Program-made: the position numbers and the translations under genes
Assembly (NCBI GenBank): GCA_934120395.1
Contig: CAKOTZ010000002.1
Coordinates: 33,645-97,644, forward strand
Reading direction: 5' to 3'
Length of the DNA stretch: 64,000 bases
Source: an uncultured Clostridia bacterium
GTDB taxonomy: Bacteria; Bacillota; Clostridia; TANB77; CAG-508
Notes under the pieces: generated by a model
The model's database searches: none
What the model was told of the DNA's origin: nothing
What the model saw: only the letters and a program-made list of their open reading frames with translations
Shown here: positions 19,901 to 30,477 of the stretch, piece after piece
Numbering within the stretch: the stretch's first letter is position 1
How the letters are laid out: each line of letters opens with the position of its first letter

Positions 19901-20410
19901 TTAATTAGCTACTACAACCATTGAATGGCGTACTACCTTATTACCTATTTTGTATCCTGTTCTAAACTCTTCTTTAATTTCTTGTTCACCCATATTCTCA
20001 TCTTCAACATGACTAACAGCTTCATGTAACTCTGGATCGAAAGTTTGTCCAACAGTTTCTATTTTTTGTACTCCCAAAGATGTTAAAACATCATGCATTT
20101 GTTTTGATACTAATTCAACACCTTGTTTATATTGTTGATCTTTAGTATCAGTTGTAACAGCTTTTTCCAAATTATCAATGACTGGTAAAATTGAAACTAT
20201 AACATCTGCTAAAATTGAATTATATAGACTTTCTCTTTCTTTTGCACTTCTTTTTTTATAATTCTCAAATTCAGCCATTAATCTTTTTAATCTATCCGTA
20301 GTGTCTTCTAGCTCTTTTTTCATCTGCTCTAAGGCTACAGTATCTGTTTCCTGAATTTCTGCGTTTTCTTCTTGCAATTCATCCATTAATTCTTCTTTGT
20401 TTTCTCCCAC
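19901..20410 (-). CDS. grpE: Nucleotide exchange factor GrpE
   Basis: Coiled-coil N-terminus plus the C-terminal GrpE fold. Lies between hrcA and dnaK. Confidence 0.9.
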   Translation of the reverse strand: MGENKEELMDELQEENAEIQETDTVALEQMKKELEDTTDRLKRLMAEFENYKKRSAKERESLYNSILADVIVSILPVIDNLEKAVTTDTKDQQYKQGVELVSKQMHDVLTSLGVQKIETVGQTFDPELHEAVSHVEDENMGEQEIKEEFRTGYKIGNKVVRHSMVVVAN

Positions 20411-20428
20411 TTTTATACCTTCTTTCTA

Positions 20429-21454
20429 TTAAATATCTCCCATTTTGCTCCATTTATCATTTAGCTCTTTTTTTATATATTTCATTACTGAAATTACTTT
20501 TGAATAGTCCATTCTTGTTGGGCCAATAATTCCAATTGTTCCCAAGTCTTTATCCTCTAATACATTTCTAAAAGTAATTACACTTAAATTTTTAAGTTCA
20601 TCATAAGCATTTTCGTTCCCAATATAAACATTTATATATTGAGTTGTACCACTATTCAATATACTTGAAACTAGTTCTTTTGTATCTAATATTTTTAACA
20701 AATTTTTTGCTGTAACTAAATCGCTGAACTCAGGAAAATCAAATACTTTATCTCTTCCCTCTAAATAGATTTCACTACTACTTTCTACAGCCTTATTTAT
20801 TTCTTGAATAATCGGTTTTATAATTTTAAGCTCACAATTCATTTCAGAACGTATAAATTCTTCCATTGGCAAGTCAATTTGTCCTAATGACTTACCTCTT
20901 AATTTCATATTAAATATATAATTCAAATTTTCAACTTGCAATTGAGTAATATCTGAATCAAATTTGATTATTGATTCTTTTATCATTCCAGTATCCGTTA
21001 ATATAACAGCCATTAAAACTCTTGTACCAAGCAAAACAAATTTGATGTCAATAATAATGTGATTTGCCGTTTTAGGTCCCAAAGCTACTGATGTATAGTG
21101 AGTAATTTCTGATAAAGTATGTGTAGCAATTTTAGTTAAGTCCTCCATTTCATTTGCTCTTGATTGTAACATTTTATTAATATAACGAACTTCATCAAAA
21201 CTAAGATTATCATCTTTTAATAGTTCATCTACATAAAAACGATATCCTTTAGCTGATGGAATTCTTCCTGCCGAAGTATGTGGTTTTTCTAAATAACCAT
21301 TTTTCTCTAAGTCGCTCATTTCATTTCTAATGGTTGCACTACTAAAATTTATGTCATAATTTTGAATTATACTTGCAGAGCTAACTGGTTCTGCAGTTCC
21401 AATATATTCTTCAATGATTGCTTGCAATATCCTTTTTTTCCTATTATCAAGCAT
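20429..21454 (-). CDS. hrcA: Heat-inducible transcription repressor HrcA
   Basis: MLDNRKKRILQAIIEEYIGTAEPVSS... Typical HrcA, with a CIRCE element immediately upstream. Confidence 0.92.
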   Translation of the reverse strand: MLDNRKKRILQAIIEEYIGTAEPVSSASIIQNYDINFSSATIRNEMSDLEKNGYLEKPHTSAGRIPSAKGYRFYVDELLKDDNLSFDEVRYINKMLQSRANEMEDLTKIATHTLSEITHYTSVALGPKTANHIIIDIKFVLLGTRVLMAVILTDTGMIKESIIKFDSDITQLQVENLNYIFNMKLRGKSLGQIDLPMEEFIRSEMNCELKIIKPIIQEINKAVESSSEIYLEGRDKVFDFPEFSDLVTAKNLLKILDTKELVSSILNSGTTQYINVYIGNENAYDELKNLSVITFRNVLEDKDLGTIGIIGPTRMDYSKVISVMKYIKKELNDKWSKMGDI

Positions 21455-21467
21455 ATTATCACCTCTT

Positions 21468-21494
21468 TTAGCACTTTATTGTGTCGAGTGCTAA
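21468..21494. promoter_or_regulatory. CIRCE operator (HrcA binding site)
   Basis: TTAGCACTT-TATTGTGTC-GAGTGCTAA, a perfect 9-N9-9 inverted repeat between the promoter and the hrcA RBS. Confidence 0.9.
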
Positions 21495-21502
21495 CTTGTT
21501 AA

Positions 21503-21531
21503 TATATTATATCCATTATTTAGCTTTGTCA
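21503..21531 (-). promoter_or_regulatory. Sigma-A promoter of the hrcA operon
   Basis: Minus strand: TTGACA aagctaaataatggata TAATAT. Confidence 0.6.
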
Positions 21532-21578
21532 ATACTTTTTGCATAAAATTCACAAAAAGCACACAAAAGTCTTTTTAC

Positions 21579-21815
21579 TTATAATATTTTTATTATTTCT
21601 CCCATATCTTTTACCTGTCTTTCAGGTATTTTCAATATCTCAAACTTCGATATTTTATCTCCAAATTTTATAGCTACTATATCACCTATCTTAACTTCAT
21701 AGCTTGGTTTTACAATTTTATTATTAACTGTAACTCTCCCTGCATCAGCTACTTCGTTTGCTACTGTTCTTCTTTTTATTACTCTACTAACTTTTAAAAA
21801 TTTATCCAATCTCAT
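21579..21815 (-). CDS. S4-domain RNA-binding protein
   Basis: 78 aa. MRLDKFLKVSRVIKRRTVANEVADAGRVTVNNKIVKPSYEVKIGD matches the S4 fold. Confidence 0.75.
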   Translation of the reverse strand: MRLDKFLKVSRVIKRRTVANEVADAGRVTVNNKIVKPSYEVKIGDIVAIKFGDKISKFEILKIPERQVKDMGEIIKIL

Positions 21816-21832
21816 AGTTTTCTCTCCTCATC

Positions 21833-23458
21833 TTATCCATTCCTTAATGCTTGTGCATGACTAAGAGATATTTCGTTTATATCCCCACTTGCTATTCGTG
21901 CTATTTCTTTTATAAGCTCTTTTTCATTTAATTTTCTTACTCTAGTTTTGGTTTGTTCATCAACAACTTCCTTATATATATAGTAATTTGCATTCCCTTT
22001 TGCTGCAATTACTGCTAAGTGTGTAATGCATAAAACCTGATGTTTCTCAGAAATCCATTTTAATTTTTCTGCAACCTTGTTTGCTGCAACACCACTAATT
22101 CCAGTATCTATTTCGTCAAATACTAAAATTGGAACCTCATCTATATCAGCTAAAACTTTTTTAATTCCAAGCATAATTCTTGACATCTCGCCTCCAGATG
22201 CAATTTTTATTAGTGACTTGTATGTATCTCCAACATTTGTTTGAATTAAAAATTCTACTTTATCTAGTCCATTTTTTGTAAATCTTCCCGCTTCCTCTCT
22301 TTCTATATTTACTTTAAATTTAGCGTTTTTCATTTCTAAATCTACTAGCTCTGTTGTTATTTTTTCATTTAAAATCTCTGCAACCTCTACGCGAATGTTA
22401 TGCATAATCATAGCTAGGTCATTCATTTCTAGTTCCAAACCTTGTATTTGTTCTTTTAGTTTATTATTGTATTCTTCAACATTTTCAATTGTTTCAAGTT
22501 CTTCTCTAACCTTTTCTCCATATTCTAAAATTTCAGCAATACTATTTCCATATTTTCTTTTTAGCATAAATATTAAATCTAAACGTTCTTCTACGATTTT
22601 TCTCGTACCTTCGTCAAACTCAACATTCTCTTGACTACCATTTACATCTCTTGCTATCTCTTCTAAATTATAATACATTTCTTGTATATTTGTTAAATAC
22701 TGTTTATAAGTTTCATCATATTCTTCTATTTTCTCTAAATTCCTTCGAGCAATATTTATTGCATCCATTGCAATATTTGATAATTGATAGCTGGCACTTG
22801 ATAAATTTTCTTTTATTGTTTCTGAATTTTGCAAAAGCTTTCTTTGTGTTTCAAGTTCTTCCTCTTCTCCAGCTTTTAATCTCGCCTCATCTATCTCATT
22901 CAATTCATATCTTAGCAAATCAATTCTTCTTTGCTTCTCTTTTTCATCTCCATAATTGTTTTCTAATTCCTGTTTTAATTCAGTCCATTTCTCGTATTTT
23001 TCTAAATACTGTTTTTTAGTCTCAAGTATTTTCTTTCCAGCAAAACAATCCAAGTAATGTATATGTGTTTGTATTTCTAATATAGATTGATTGTCGTGCT
23101 GTCCATGTATATCAATAATGTTTTTCATATACTCTTTTAATTCACTTACAGTAACCATCCTACCATTGATTTTGCATACATTTTTTCCATTTAAATTAAT
23201 TTCTCTTGAAACTATAACATCTTCTTCACATTCTTTTAAATTTAAACTCATTTCTATAAACGAATATTCTTGTCCGCTTCGTATCATTTCTTTTGAAAAT
23301 CTTCCACCACACAATATTTGAAGTGAATCAATAATTAACGTTTTCCCAGCACCCGTTTCTCCTGTTAGCACATTAAATTTCTTTTCAAAATCAATGCTTA
23401 AATCATCTATAATTCCTATATTTTTTATGTGTAAACTTGTTATCATTTCTTCTCCCAC
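21833..23458 (-). CDS. recN: DNA repair protein RecN
   Basis: Walker A (GETGAGKT), long coiled coil, and C-terminal signature. The start may be the downstream MITSL. Confidence 0.9.
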   Translation of the reverse strand: MGEEMITSLHIKNIGIIDDLSIDFEKKFNVLTGETGAGKTLIIDSLQILCGGRFSKEMIRSGQEYSFIEMSLNLKECEEDVIVSREINLNGKNVCKINGRMVTVSELKEYMKNIIDIHGQHDNQSILEIQTHIHYLDCFAGKKILETKKQYLEKYEKWTELKQELENNYGDEKEKQRRIDLLRYELNEIDEARLKAGEEEELETQRKLLQNSETIKENLSSASYQLSNIAMDAINIARRNLEKIEEYDETYKQYLTNIQEMYYNLEEIARDVNGSQENVEFDEGTRKIVEERLDLIFMLKRKYGNSIAEILEYGEKVREELETIENVEEYNNKLKEQIQGLELEMNDLAMIMHNIRVEVAEILNEKITTELVDLEMKNAKFKVNIEREEAGRFTKNGLDKVEFLIQTNVGDTYKSLIKIASGGEMSRIMLGIKKVLADIDEVPILVFDEIDTGISGVAANKVAEKLKWISEKHQVLCITHLAVIAAKGNANYYIYKEVVDEQTKTRVRKLNEKELIKEIARIASGDINEISLSHAQALRNG

Positions 23459-23572
23459 ACTAACTTTTATTTTCTAAAGTTAAATTATTTTTCCTTAATT
23501 ATTATAATACAATTGTTTGCCTCTAGCAACTTTTATTCCAAGTAAATTTTTAAATTTTTATAATATTTCATA

Positions 23573-23854
23573 TTAATATCTTCTTTTTTGCACTATATCA
23601 ATAATATCTGCTATATATTCTCCAATAATAGGAATATTTAATTTTACAATTTTCTGTAATGCCCAAACTATTATAGCTGTTATAATGGTTACTCCAATTC
23701 CTATTCCAACCCCTCTTGATATACCAGCCAAAATATTTCTAACTATTATCTCTTTTCTATTTCCTAAAATATATACCAATTCTGTTAAATTTGCCTTTGA
23801 CATCATACTATTTAATTCATCTATTTTCTTATATAACTTTTTTCTACTATACAA
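23573..23854 (-). CDS. Small membrane protein (DUF5665-like); start uncertain (TTG at 23854 or internal ATG)
   Basis: 93 aa with a Gly-rich TM (GISRGVGIGIGVTIITAIIVWAL). The TTG start overlaps the upstream terminator hairpin. Confidence 0.4.
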   Translation of the reverse strand: MYSRKKLYKKIDELNSMMSKANLTELVYILGNRKEIIVRNILAGISRGVGIGIGVTIITAIIVWALQKIVKLNIPIIGEYIADIIDIVQKRRY

Positions 23855-23884
23855 AAAACCACCTATTTATATGGTGGTTTTTTA
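23851..23884 (-). terminator. Rho-independent terminator after the UPF0182 gene
   Basis: aaccacctatttatatggtggtt hairpin followed by a U-run on the minus strand. Confidence 0.65.
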
Positions 23885-23903
23885 TTTGAATTCTATTCCT
23901 TTT

Positions 23904-26747
23904 TTAATTTAAAATATTTGATTCTATTGAATTTTCATCAATTATGTTTTCATCAATAATATTAATTTTGTTAGAATCTATTAAATTTTTTTCTTTTTCT
24001 TGTTTTTCAACTAATTGTTGTAATTGCAAAATTAGGTTCTGCAAACGACTAATATCTTTACCCATCAATTCCCAATCTTTATTATTAGTTGATTCAGCTA
24101 AATTATTATTTGCCTTTATAATAGATTTTATTAATCCTTCTTGGCTGTCCGTATTCTGTACATCTAATTCAACAGCTTGTTGTGATAGCAAATTGTTTAT
24201 TGCTTCATTTAGATTATTTCCAATTGCCACTCTGTTTCCAGAAGCAACAATTACTTTTTTTAATATTGGTACTTGTGATTCGTTTAACAAAACTTGATAA
24301 ATAGGTTCGACATAAAGTAAGGTGTTATCTATAGGCACAACAATCATGTTTTTAATCAATCTGGTTCCTGTAGTATTTATTGCATCTAATTCTTGTGATA
24401 TCTTTTCATCTCTCTCAATCTGACTTTCTAATTGCATTGCACCTAAAACATTGTCGTCAGCCTTAAATTTATAAAGAGTCAATTTATTTTGACCATTATA
24501 ACTTCCTACTAAATATGCACTAATATTTTGCTTTTTATCTGGTGTGTATGGAATTACCAAACCTAACTTTTCGCTAGATGAATCTGCTGCTTTTAACATA
24601 GTATAATATGCTTCCATTGTATTTCCAACAGTTTGTAAACTTGTCTTACTTCCATTTGTTTTTGCAATATTCCATACATCGTCATTTCTATATAATATTT
24701 CTGTTTGTACATTGTGATATCTTGTTAACATTTGAGCCTGTATATTATACAAGTATTTTGGATAAACCAAGTGTTTTTCAATATCATCTGGTATACTTTC
24801 TTCCAATGGCATAAATAAGTTCGGATAAATATTTCTATATGCCATTGCAATTGGATCTGTCCTATCTGTTAAATAGAATTTTACACTGCCATTATATGCA
24901 TCTATTAATACTTTTACAGAATTTCTTATATAGTTAATTTTCGTTTTAGTTCCATCAATATCTATTATAGATTCTTGAGAATATGGGTAATTATCACTTG
25001 TTGTATATGCATCTAATACCCATACTAAACTGCCATCTTCCCTTATTACCATATAAGGATTTGAATCATAATTTAAATACGGCATAATTGTTTTAGCTCT
25101 TTGAATAACGTTTCTATTTGTAATTATTTTAGAACTACTATTTATATCAGTATTAAAAATTAGTTTCCAATCACCATTTTTTATTCCAAGTATGCATCTA
25201 TCAATAAAATTTAAATTAAGACCTGCTTCTCCATTATATGTGTGTTCTGCATTTGTACTACTAGTAATTGGATAGTCAAATTCTGAGTTGTTTTTAACAT
25301 TCGTAATTATTGTATTATTTGTTTGTAATCCAAAATAAATTTGTGGTTTTACAATATTAATTAATGCATCACTACCATCATAATTTTTTTGAATATATTT
25401 AATATTTCCATTTTCGTCTGTTTGATTTGCATCAGATAAAATCGCACCATATCCATGTGTATATTCGTATGTTTTACTATTATATGACCTACTATTATCA
25501 TTCATCATTTCTCTTGGTGATACATAAATTAGCTTATTAACTCCAGCTATAGAATAAGTAGCTAAATTCGCATTTCTATATGTATAATAACCTGTAGCTT
25601 TTTGATATTCTTCTAATGTTTTTAACGTAACATCTGATGTTACAATTGGTATATTTTCAATTAAATTTTTGTTATTGCTAATTTGATCTACTGTAACAGT
25701 ACCTGAATTTTCTATTTCATTTTCTTCTATATTAATTTGATACGCTTTTTTGGTGTTTTCAATATTATATGCAATGTATTTCTTTTCTCTATCTAATTCA
25801 TTTGTGCTTACAAAAGCCAATTGGAAAACTGTCATAACCACAAAAAGTACAACTAAATATGCTGGTATAGAAATTAAAGCTATAGCAGCCTTCTTTTTTT
25901 GCTGTTTTTTGAAGAATTTTAATGCTAATATAATAGCAACAACAATTAATATTGCAAATATTCTATATCCCCACAATTTAATAGTAACATCAGTTATTCC
26001 TGCTCCATATATTGACGTATCTATGTTACTATCATTACTAACACTTAAGAACTTTTGAAACACAATATTTTGCGTGTTAATTAAAGTAATTCCAGCAATA
26101 ATTATAGAAATTACTGCAATTCCAACTGTCACCTGTTTTAACAACATACTCTTCTTTAACGTTTCTGCATTTATTCCATCAAAATAAACATTAAAAGCAA
26201 CTATATAGTATATTGCTGTATATATTGTAAGTACTACCACTAATGCTAGCAAGTAATATAAGCCTAATTCAACAAATGGCTTTTGAAAAAAATAATATCC
26301 TATATCCATATTAAATATTGGATCGTTTATTCCAAACCATGCCGTATTAAACGCTAGCATTGCCTTTTCAGTAATAAATCCTGATGTTAATATACTTATA
26401 ACAGCAGAAATTACAAGTGCAATTGATTTGTTTGGTAGTTTTGGCATTTCAATTTTATCTTCTTCAAAAAATGGTTTTAATCCCTTTTTAATAAATTTAT
26501 TTGTTATATACACTGCAATAAACACTATTGCAAAGTTAATCGCCATAACTATACTTCGATAATACAAATTTTGTTTAAAAACATCTGCATATTCTTGACC
26601 AACTTCTATTATATTTAAATATTCTCCTCTTAGGCTAATTCCCATATAAATAGCTACTAATGCCACAAACAATAAAACTAATAGCATCCTTTTCTTAGAT
26701 TTTTTTGGTTTTTCTTTAGTTGTTTCTTTCATTTTTGTATTTTCCAT
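23904..26747 (-). CDS. UPF0182-family large membrane protein
   Basis: 947 aa. N-terminal polytopic region followed by a large extracytoplasmic domain. Typical UPF0182/COG1615 layout. Confidence 0.75.
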   Translation of the reverse strand: MENTKMKETTKEKPKKSKKRMLLVLLFVALVAIYMGISLRGEYLNIIEVGQEYADVFKQNLYYRSIVMAINFAIVFIAVYITNKFIKKGLKPFFEEDKIEMPKLPNKSIALVISAVISILTSGFITEKAMLAFNTAWFGINDPIFNMDIGYYFFQKPFVELGLYYLLALVVVLTIYTAIYYIVAFNVYFDGINAETLKKSMLLKQVTVGIAVISIIIAGITLINTQNIVFQKFLSVSNDSNIDTSIYGAGITDVTIKLWGYRIFAILIVVAIILALKFFKKQQKKKAAIALISIPAYLVVLFVVMTVFQLAFVSTNELDREKKYIAYNIENTKKAYQINIEENEIENSGTVTVDQISNNKNLIENIPIVTSDVTLKTLEEYQKATGYYTYRNANLATYSIAGVNKLIYVSPREMMNDNSRSYNSKTYEYTHGYGAILSDANQTDENGNIKYIQKNYDGSDALINIVKPQIYFGLQTNNTIITNVKNNSEFDYPITSSTNAEHTYNGEAGLNLNFIDRCILGIKNGDWKLIFNTDINSSSKIITNRNVIQRAKTIMPYLNYDSNPYMVIREDGSLVWVLDAYTTSDNYPYSQESIIDIDGTKTKINYIRNSVKVLIDAYNGSVKFYLTDRTDPIAMAYRNIYPNLFMPLEESIPDDIEKHLVYPKYLYNIQAQMLTRYHNVQTEILYRNDDVWNIAKTNGSKTSLQTVGNTMEAYYTMLKAADSSSEKLGLVIPYTPDKKQNISAYLVGSYNGQNKLTLYKFKADDNVLGAMQLESQIERDEKISQELDAINTTGTRLIKNMIVVPIDNTLLYVEPIYQVLLNESQVPILKKVIVASGNRVAIGNNLNEAINNLLSQQAVELDVQNTDSQEGLIKSIIKANNNLAESTNNKDWELMGKDISRLQNLILQLQQLVEKQEKEKNLIDSNKINIIDENIIDENSIESNILN

Positions 26748-26765
26748 TTTTCTCTCCTCAACAAA

Positions 26766-27671
26766 TTAAATAATAGCTTTTACAAAGTCTTCTGCACTAA
26801 ATACTTCCATATCTTCCATTTGTTCGCCTACTCCAATAAATTTTACTGGAATTTTATTTTCAGCAACAATTCCAATTACCACTCCGCCTTTTGCTGTTCC
26901 ATCTAGTTTTGTTAAAACAATACCAGTTAATTCAACTGTTGATTTAAATGCTTTCACCTGTTGTATTGCATTTTGACCAGTTGTAGCATCCAAAACAAGC
27001 AATACCTCTTTACTAGCATCTGGTAATTCTTTATCAATAACTCTATTAATTTTTGCAAGTTCGTCCATTAAGTATTTTTTATTGTGCAACCTTCCAGCTG
27101 TGTCGCAAATAATAACATCAGCTTGTTTATCTTCAGCTACCTTTAGAGCTTCATATACAACCGAAGCTGGATCTGCCCCCTCATTTCTCTTTACAATATC
27201 TACCCCAGCTCTTTGTGTCCAAATTTCTAATTGTTCTACTGCTGCTGCACGGAATGTATCTGCCGCTGCCACAACCACCTTTTTTCCTTCATTTTTTAGT
27301 TTGTTTGCAATTTTTCCAATTGATGTTGTTTTTCCAACTCCATTAACCCCAACAACCAAAATAATAGATGGTTTAGTATTTAAATTTAAAGTTGGTTCTT
27401 GCTCTTCTAATATTTTTTTCATTTCATCTCGCAAAGCTTCTTTTACTTGCCCTACATCTTCTATTTTTTCTTTCTTCATTCTTTCTCTTAAACTAGAAAT
27501 TACACTAATAGATGTATCAACACCTAAATCTGACATAATTAATATTTCTTCCAATTCTTCTAATAAGCTTTCATCTACTTTGCGAAAATTACTAAAAACA
27601 TTATTTATTTTTTCATTAAAAGAATCTTTCGTTTTGTTAAGTCCCTCTTTTAATTTATCAAAAAAACCCAT
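26766..27671 (-). CDS. ftsY: Signal recognition particle receptor FtsY
   Basis: NG domain GVNGVGKTTSIGK...DTAGR. RBS GGGAGG before MGFFDKLKEG. The track ORF starts 9 codons upstream. Confidence 0.92.
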   Translation of the reverse strand: MGFFDKLKEGLNKTKDSFNEKINNVFSNFRKVDESLLEELEEILIMSDLGVDTSISVISSLRERMKKEKIEDVGQVKEALRDEMKKILEEQEPTLNLNTKPSIILVVGVNGVGKTTSIGKIANKLKNEGKKVVVAAADTFRAAAVEQLEIWTQRAGVDIVKRNEGADPASVVYEALKVAEDKQADVIICDTAGRLHNKKYLMDELAKINRVIDKELPDASKEVLLVLDATTGQNAIQQVKAFKSTVELTGIVLTKLDGTAKGGVVIGIVAENKIPVKFIGVGEQMEDMEVFSAEDFVKAII

Positions 27672-27821
27672 AACTTTCCTCCCTTTTGTGTGTAGCAAAA
27701 ATTATATCAAATTTATTCGTATTTTTCAATACTTCTAGCTATACTGATATCTGAATTCATAATTTTTTTATTTAAACTCTTGCAATGCGCCATAAAACAG
27801 AATATAATATGAAAGATAATT

Positions 27822-27897
<76 letters not shown>

Positions 27898-27948
27898 ATA
27901 TAAATAACCTAAGTAAATTAATTACTTAGGTTATTTATATTTTTTGTT

Positions 27949-28605
27949 TTATTCTTCATTTAAAGTATATTGACCAATATCAGGTTCATTAAAAACTGAA
28001 TCATCTACATTATCAAATTCATAATCATATTTATTTTCTGTATTCGTATAGCTACCTAGACATAATCCTGTTTCCTTTTCAATATACAAATCATTTCTTT
28101 TTGAATCATATTCATATAGAGAATATGGAGATAAGAAATTTGTTACCTTATAACAGTCCTTTCCATTATATTTAACATTTGTTATTATTGTTGGAATACC
28201 ATACATAAAATTTTGCCATTTATTTTCTGTTTTTAACATATCATTAATACCTATTGCCATAGATTTTGCAGCATTTAAGGTTACAGTTTTCGAATCAGCT
28301 GTCTCTATAAATCTGTCTATTCGTTCGCCATTATTGTACATTGACATTTTAATATTTTCATTGTCTTTATTTCTCTCTATTATTACTAATTCCTTATTTG
28401 ACTTTTTAAAATAATTAGTAGTTACTGTTACACCATTTTCTACTTTTGAAATTAAACTCATATGATAATTTTCACTGCTAATATATTTTCCAACTTTATT
28501 TTGCATTTCAGTAATAATCAGAAAATTCCTAACAGCATGAAGCAAAGCTAGCATAATTAGGATTATTAATATAATTCCTATTATTTTAAACATTTTTTTA
28601 TTCAT
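27949..28605 (-). CDS. Hypothetical secreted / signal-anchored protein
   Basis: Start at MNKKMFKIIGIILIILIML with RBS GGGGGAA. No recognisable domain. Low GC like the rest of the chromosome. Confidence 0.55.
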   Translation of the reverse strand: MNKKMFKIIGIILIILIMLALLHAVRNFLIITEMQNKVGKYISSENYHMSLISKVENGVTVTTNYFKKSNKELVIIERNKDNENIKMSMYNNGERIDRFIETADSKTVTLNAAKSMAIGINDMLKTENKWQNFMYGIPTIITNVKYNGKDCYKVTNFLSPYSLYEYDSKRNDLYIEKETGLCLGSYTNTENKYDYEFDNVDDSVFNEPDIGQYTLNEE

Positions 28606-28796
28606 ATCAAATTCCCCCTTTATTCTTATTATAATGATTGTAGTTTGAACTTGTATATAAATTCTCTTTGCTAATACATATATATATTTTACCATAATTT
28701 GTCGATTTAAGCAAATTATCCTGGCAAAAAGAAAAATAGAGTTTTTGAATTCTCAAAATCTCTATTTCCCTTTTAGCTTAATTACTCAAGCATATC

Positions 28797-29744
28797 TTAC
28801 TTGATACAAAGTACAACCCTAAATCCCACATATGGATAAATGCTACGGGCATCTTCAGCATGCCTAGATGCTGCTGAAAAACCTAATCCAGAATGAAAAT
28901 ACGCACCACCTCTAGTAATATGTCTTGCGCCAAATTTTCCGAAGCTTTCCTGCGTCCATTCCATTACATTGCCAGCTAAATCATAGATTCCATTTACTTT
29001 CCATTTTTCCCTGCTGCCAGTAAGCTCCATCTTGCTAGGTTCGTCACTAATCATTGACTTGTAATTTCCCCAGCCCATAGAATTTGAGGTGAAATCTGTC
29101 CTCTTCTTGGCTCCAGATTCTTCGATCCACTTACATACAGTATCATATTCGGCTCCATAGGTAAGATGACTTTTCACATCTTTGCTACGTTCAAACTTTT
29201 CAGCCAAATCTTCTGCCCTATGAAAGCTGACATCTACCATTGGCTTAACACCAGCAATTGAATGAATATTTCCATCATCTCCTAAAGACATATTATATGC
29301 CGAGATATAAAATCCTCCATGCTTTTTTACACTGGAAATTTGTGCTAATAACTCCGGATTAATGTTTTCATGGTATTTGGAAGGGGAAAAAATTAATCCC
29401 ATGCTGTTAACTCTTCCAAATTTTTCATCAAATACAATGCCATCCAAAGTTGCATTTGCACTTAAATCGCCAACAGGGACCCAGACAAAGCGACTTCCGT
29501 CACTCTCTCTTTCAATGGTATAACCACTGTTCCATTTTCCATCCAAGTATTTATAACCTGCCGGAATAATAGGCTTACTATATTTGCTTGAATAGCCCTC
29601 TGTTCTTGCTTCTCCCTTAACAGCATGAATCTCAACAATTTTATTTGTTTCACTCATATTGCTAAGCTTAACGCCTTCACCTGCAACAATTCTAATCCCT
29701 GTGAGATTCTTCATGTTTGCCTTATCAAGTTCATACCGTTTCAT
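28797..29744 (-). CDS. FGE-sulfatase (SUMF1/DUF323)-domain protein, cytoplasmic or anchor-less paralog of the pilin-like long proteins; GC-rich gene
   Basis: ...RFVWVPVGD...KKHGGFYISAYNMS...IYDLAGNVMEWTQE...ITRGGAYFHSGLGFS...VGFRVVLCIK. Collinear with the C-terminal domain of the 8986 and 12112 proteins. GC is visibly higher (~43%) than the surroundings. Confidence 0.8.
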   Translation of the reverse strand: MKRYELDKANMKNLTGIRIVAGEGVKLSNMSETNKIVEIHAVKGEARTEGYSSKYSKPIIPAGYKYLDGKWNSGYTIERESDGSRFVWVPVGDLSANATLDGIVFDEKFGRVNSMGLIFSPSKYHENINPELLAQISSVKKHGGFYISAYNMSLGDDGNIHSIAGVKPMVDVSFHRAEDLAEKFERSKDVKSHLTYGAEYDTVCKWIEESGAKKRTDFTSNSMGWGNYKSMISDEPSKMELTGSREKWKVNGIYDLAGNVMEWTQESFGKFGARHITRGGAYFHSGLGFSAASRHAEDARSIYPYVGFRVVLCIK

Positions 29745-29850
29745 AATGTGTTACCTCCTAATACTGTCAATACTATAACGGCTTCTAAATAGCATTCGCT
29801 ATACTTTTATATTATAACACATTATTTACATAATTTCTAGTTATATTTAA

Positions 29851-29885
29851 TAAAAAAATAAAAACCAGCTAAAAAGCCGGTCTTG
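29851..29885 (-). terminator. Rho-independent terminator after rplS
   Basis: Minus strand: gaCCGGCuuuuuaGCUGGuuuuuauuuuuuu. Confidence 0.5.
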
Positions 29886-29888
29886 TTT

Positions 29889-30317
29889 TTATTTATTTTC
29901 TTCAGCAGTTGTTTCTTCAACAGGAGCTTCTGGTAATTCTTCCTTTATGATGCGTTCTTTAGTTTCAATTCTAGCACCAATTTTTTCTTTAGTTTTAGCT
30001 GCTTTACCAACTCTATCTCTTAAGTAATATAATTTTGCTCTTCTTGCTTTACCAACTCTAACAACTTCAACTTTTTCAACTGATGGAGCATGAATTAAGA
30101 ATGTTTTTTCAACTCCTACACCATAAGATACTCTTCTTACAGTAAATGTTTCGTTGATTCCTCCACCTTGTTTTTTAATAACGATTCCTTCGAATACTTG
30201 TATTCTCTCTCTGTTTCCTTCTTTAATTCTAACATGAACTTTAACAGTGTCACCTATTTTTAGGTAAGGAATCTTATTCTTTAAGTGTTCATGTTCAATT
30301 GACTTAATAATGTCCAT
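29889..30317 (-). CDS. rplS: 50S ribosomal protein L19 (with Lys/Glu-rich C-terminal extension)
   Basis: [47 protein letters not shown]... Confidence 0.93.
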   Translation of the reverse strand: MDIIKSIEHEHLKNKIPYLKIGDTVKVHVRIKEGNRERIQVFEGIVIKKQGGGINETFTVRRVSYGVGVEKTFLIHAPSVEKVEVVRVGKARRAKLYYLRDRVGKAAKTKEKIGARIETKERIIKEELPEAPVEETTAEENK

Positions 30318-30477
30318 TAAAATTTTCCTCCTTCCAAATAAAATTTACTTTTATTTGTCTTTTATTTCTTTGATAATTTTTTTGTCTTCATCGGATAAAT
30401 CTAGTAGCTCAATTAATTCTGGCCTATTTTTTAATGTTTGCAGAAGCGAATCTCTTCGTCTCCATAATTCAATGTTT

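Noticed and set aside
23573-23854. TTG at 23854 as the start of the DUF5665-like gene
   Set aside because: Kept as the called feature but doubted. The TTG lies inside the upstream terminator hairpin and no RBS is evident. An internal ATG (MMSKANL) may be the true start.
27082-27738. 218-aa plus-strand ORF antisense to ftsY
   Set aside because: Entirely antisense to a well-supported gene. Low-complexity translation with no RBS.
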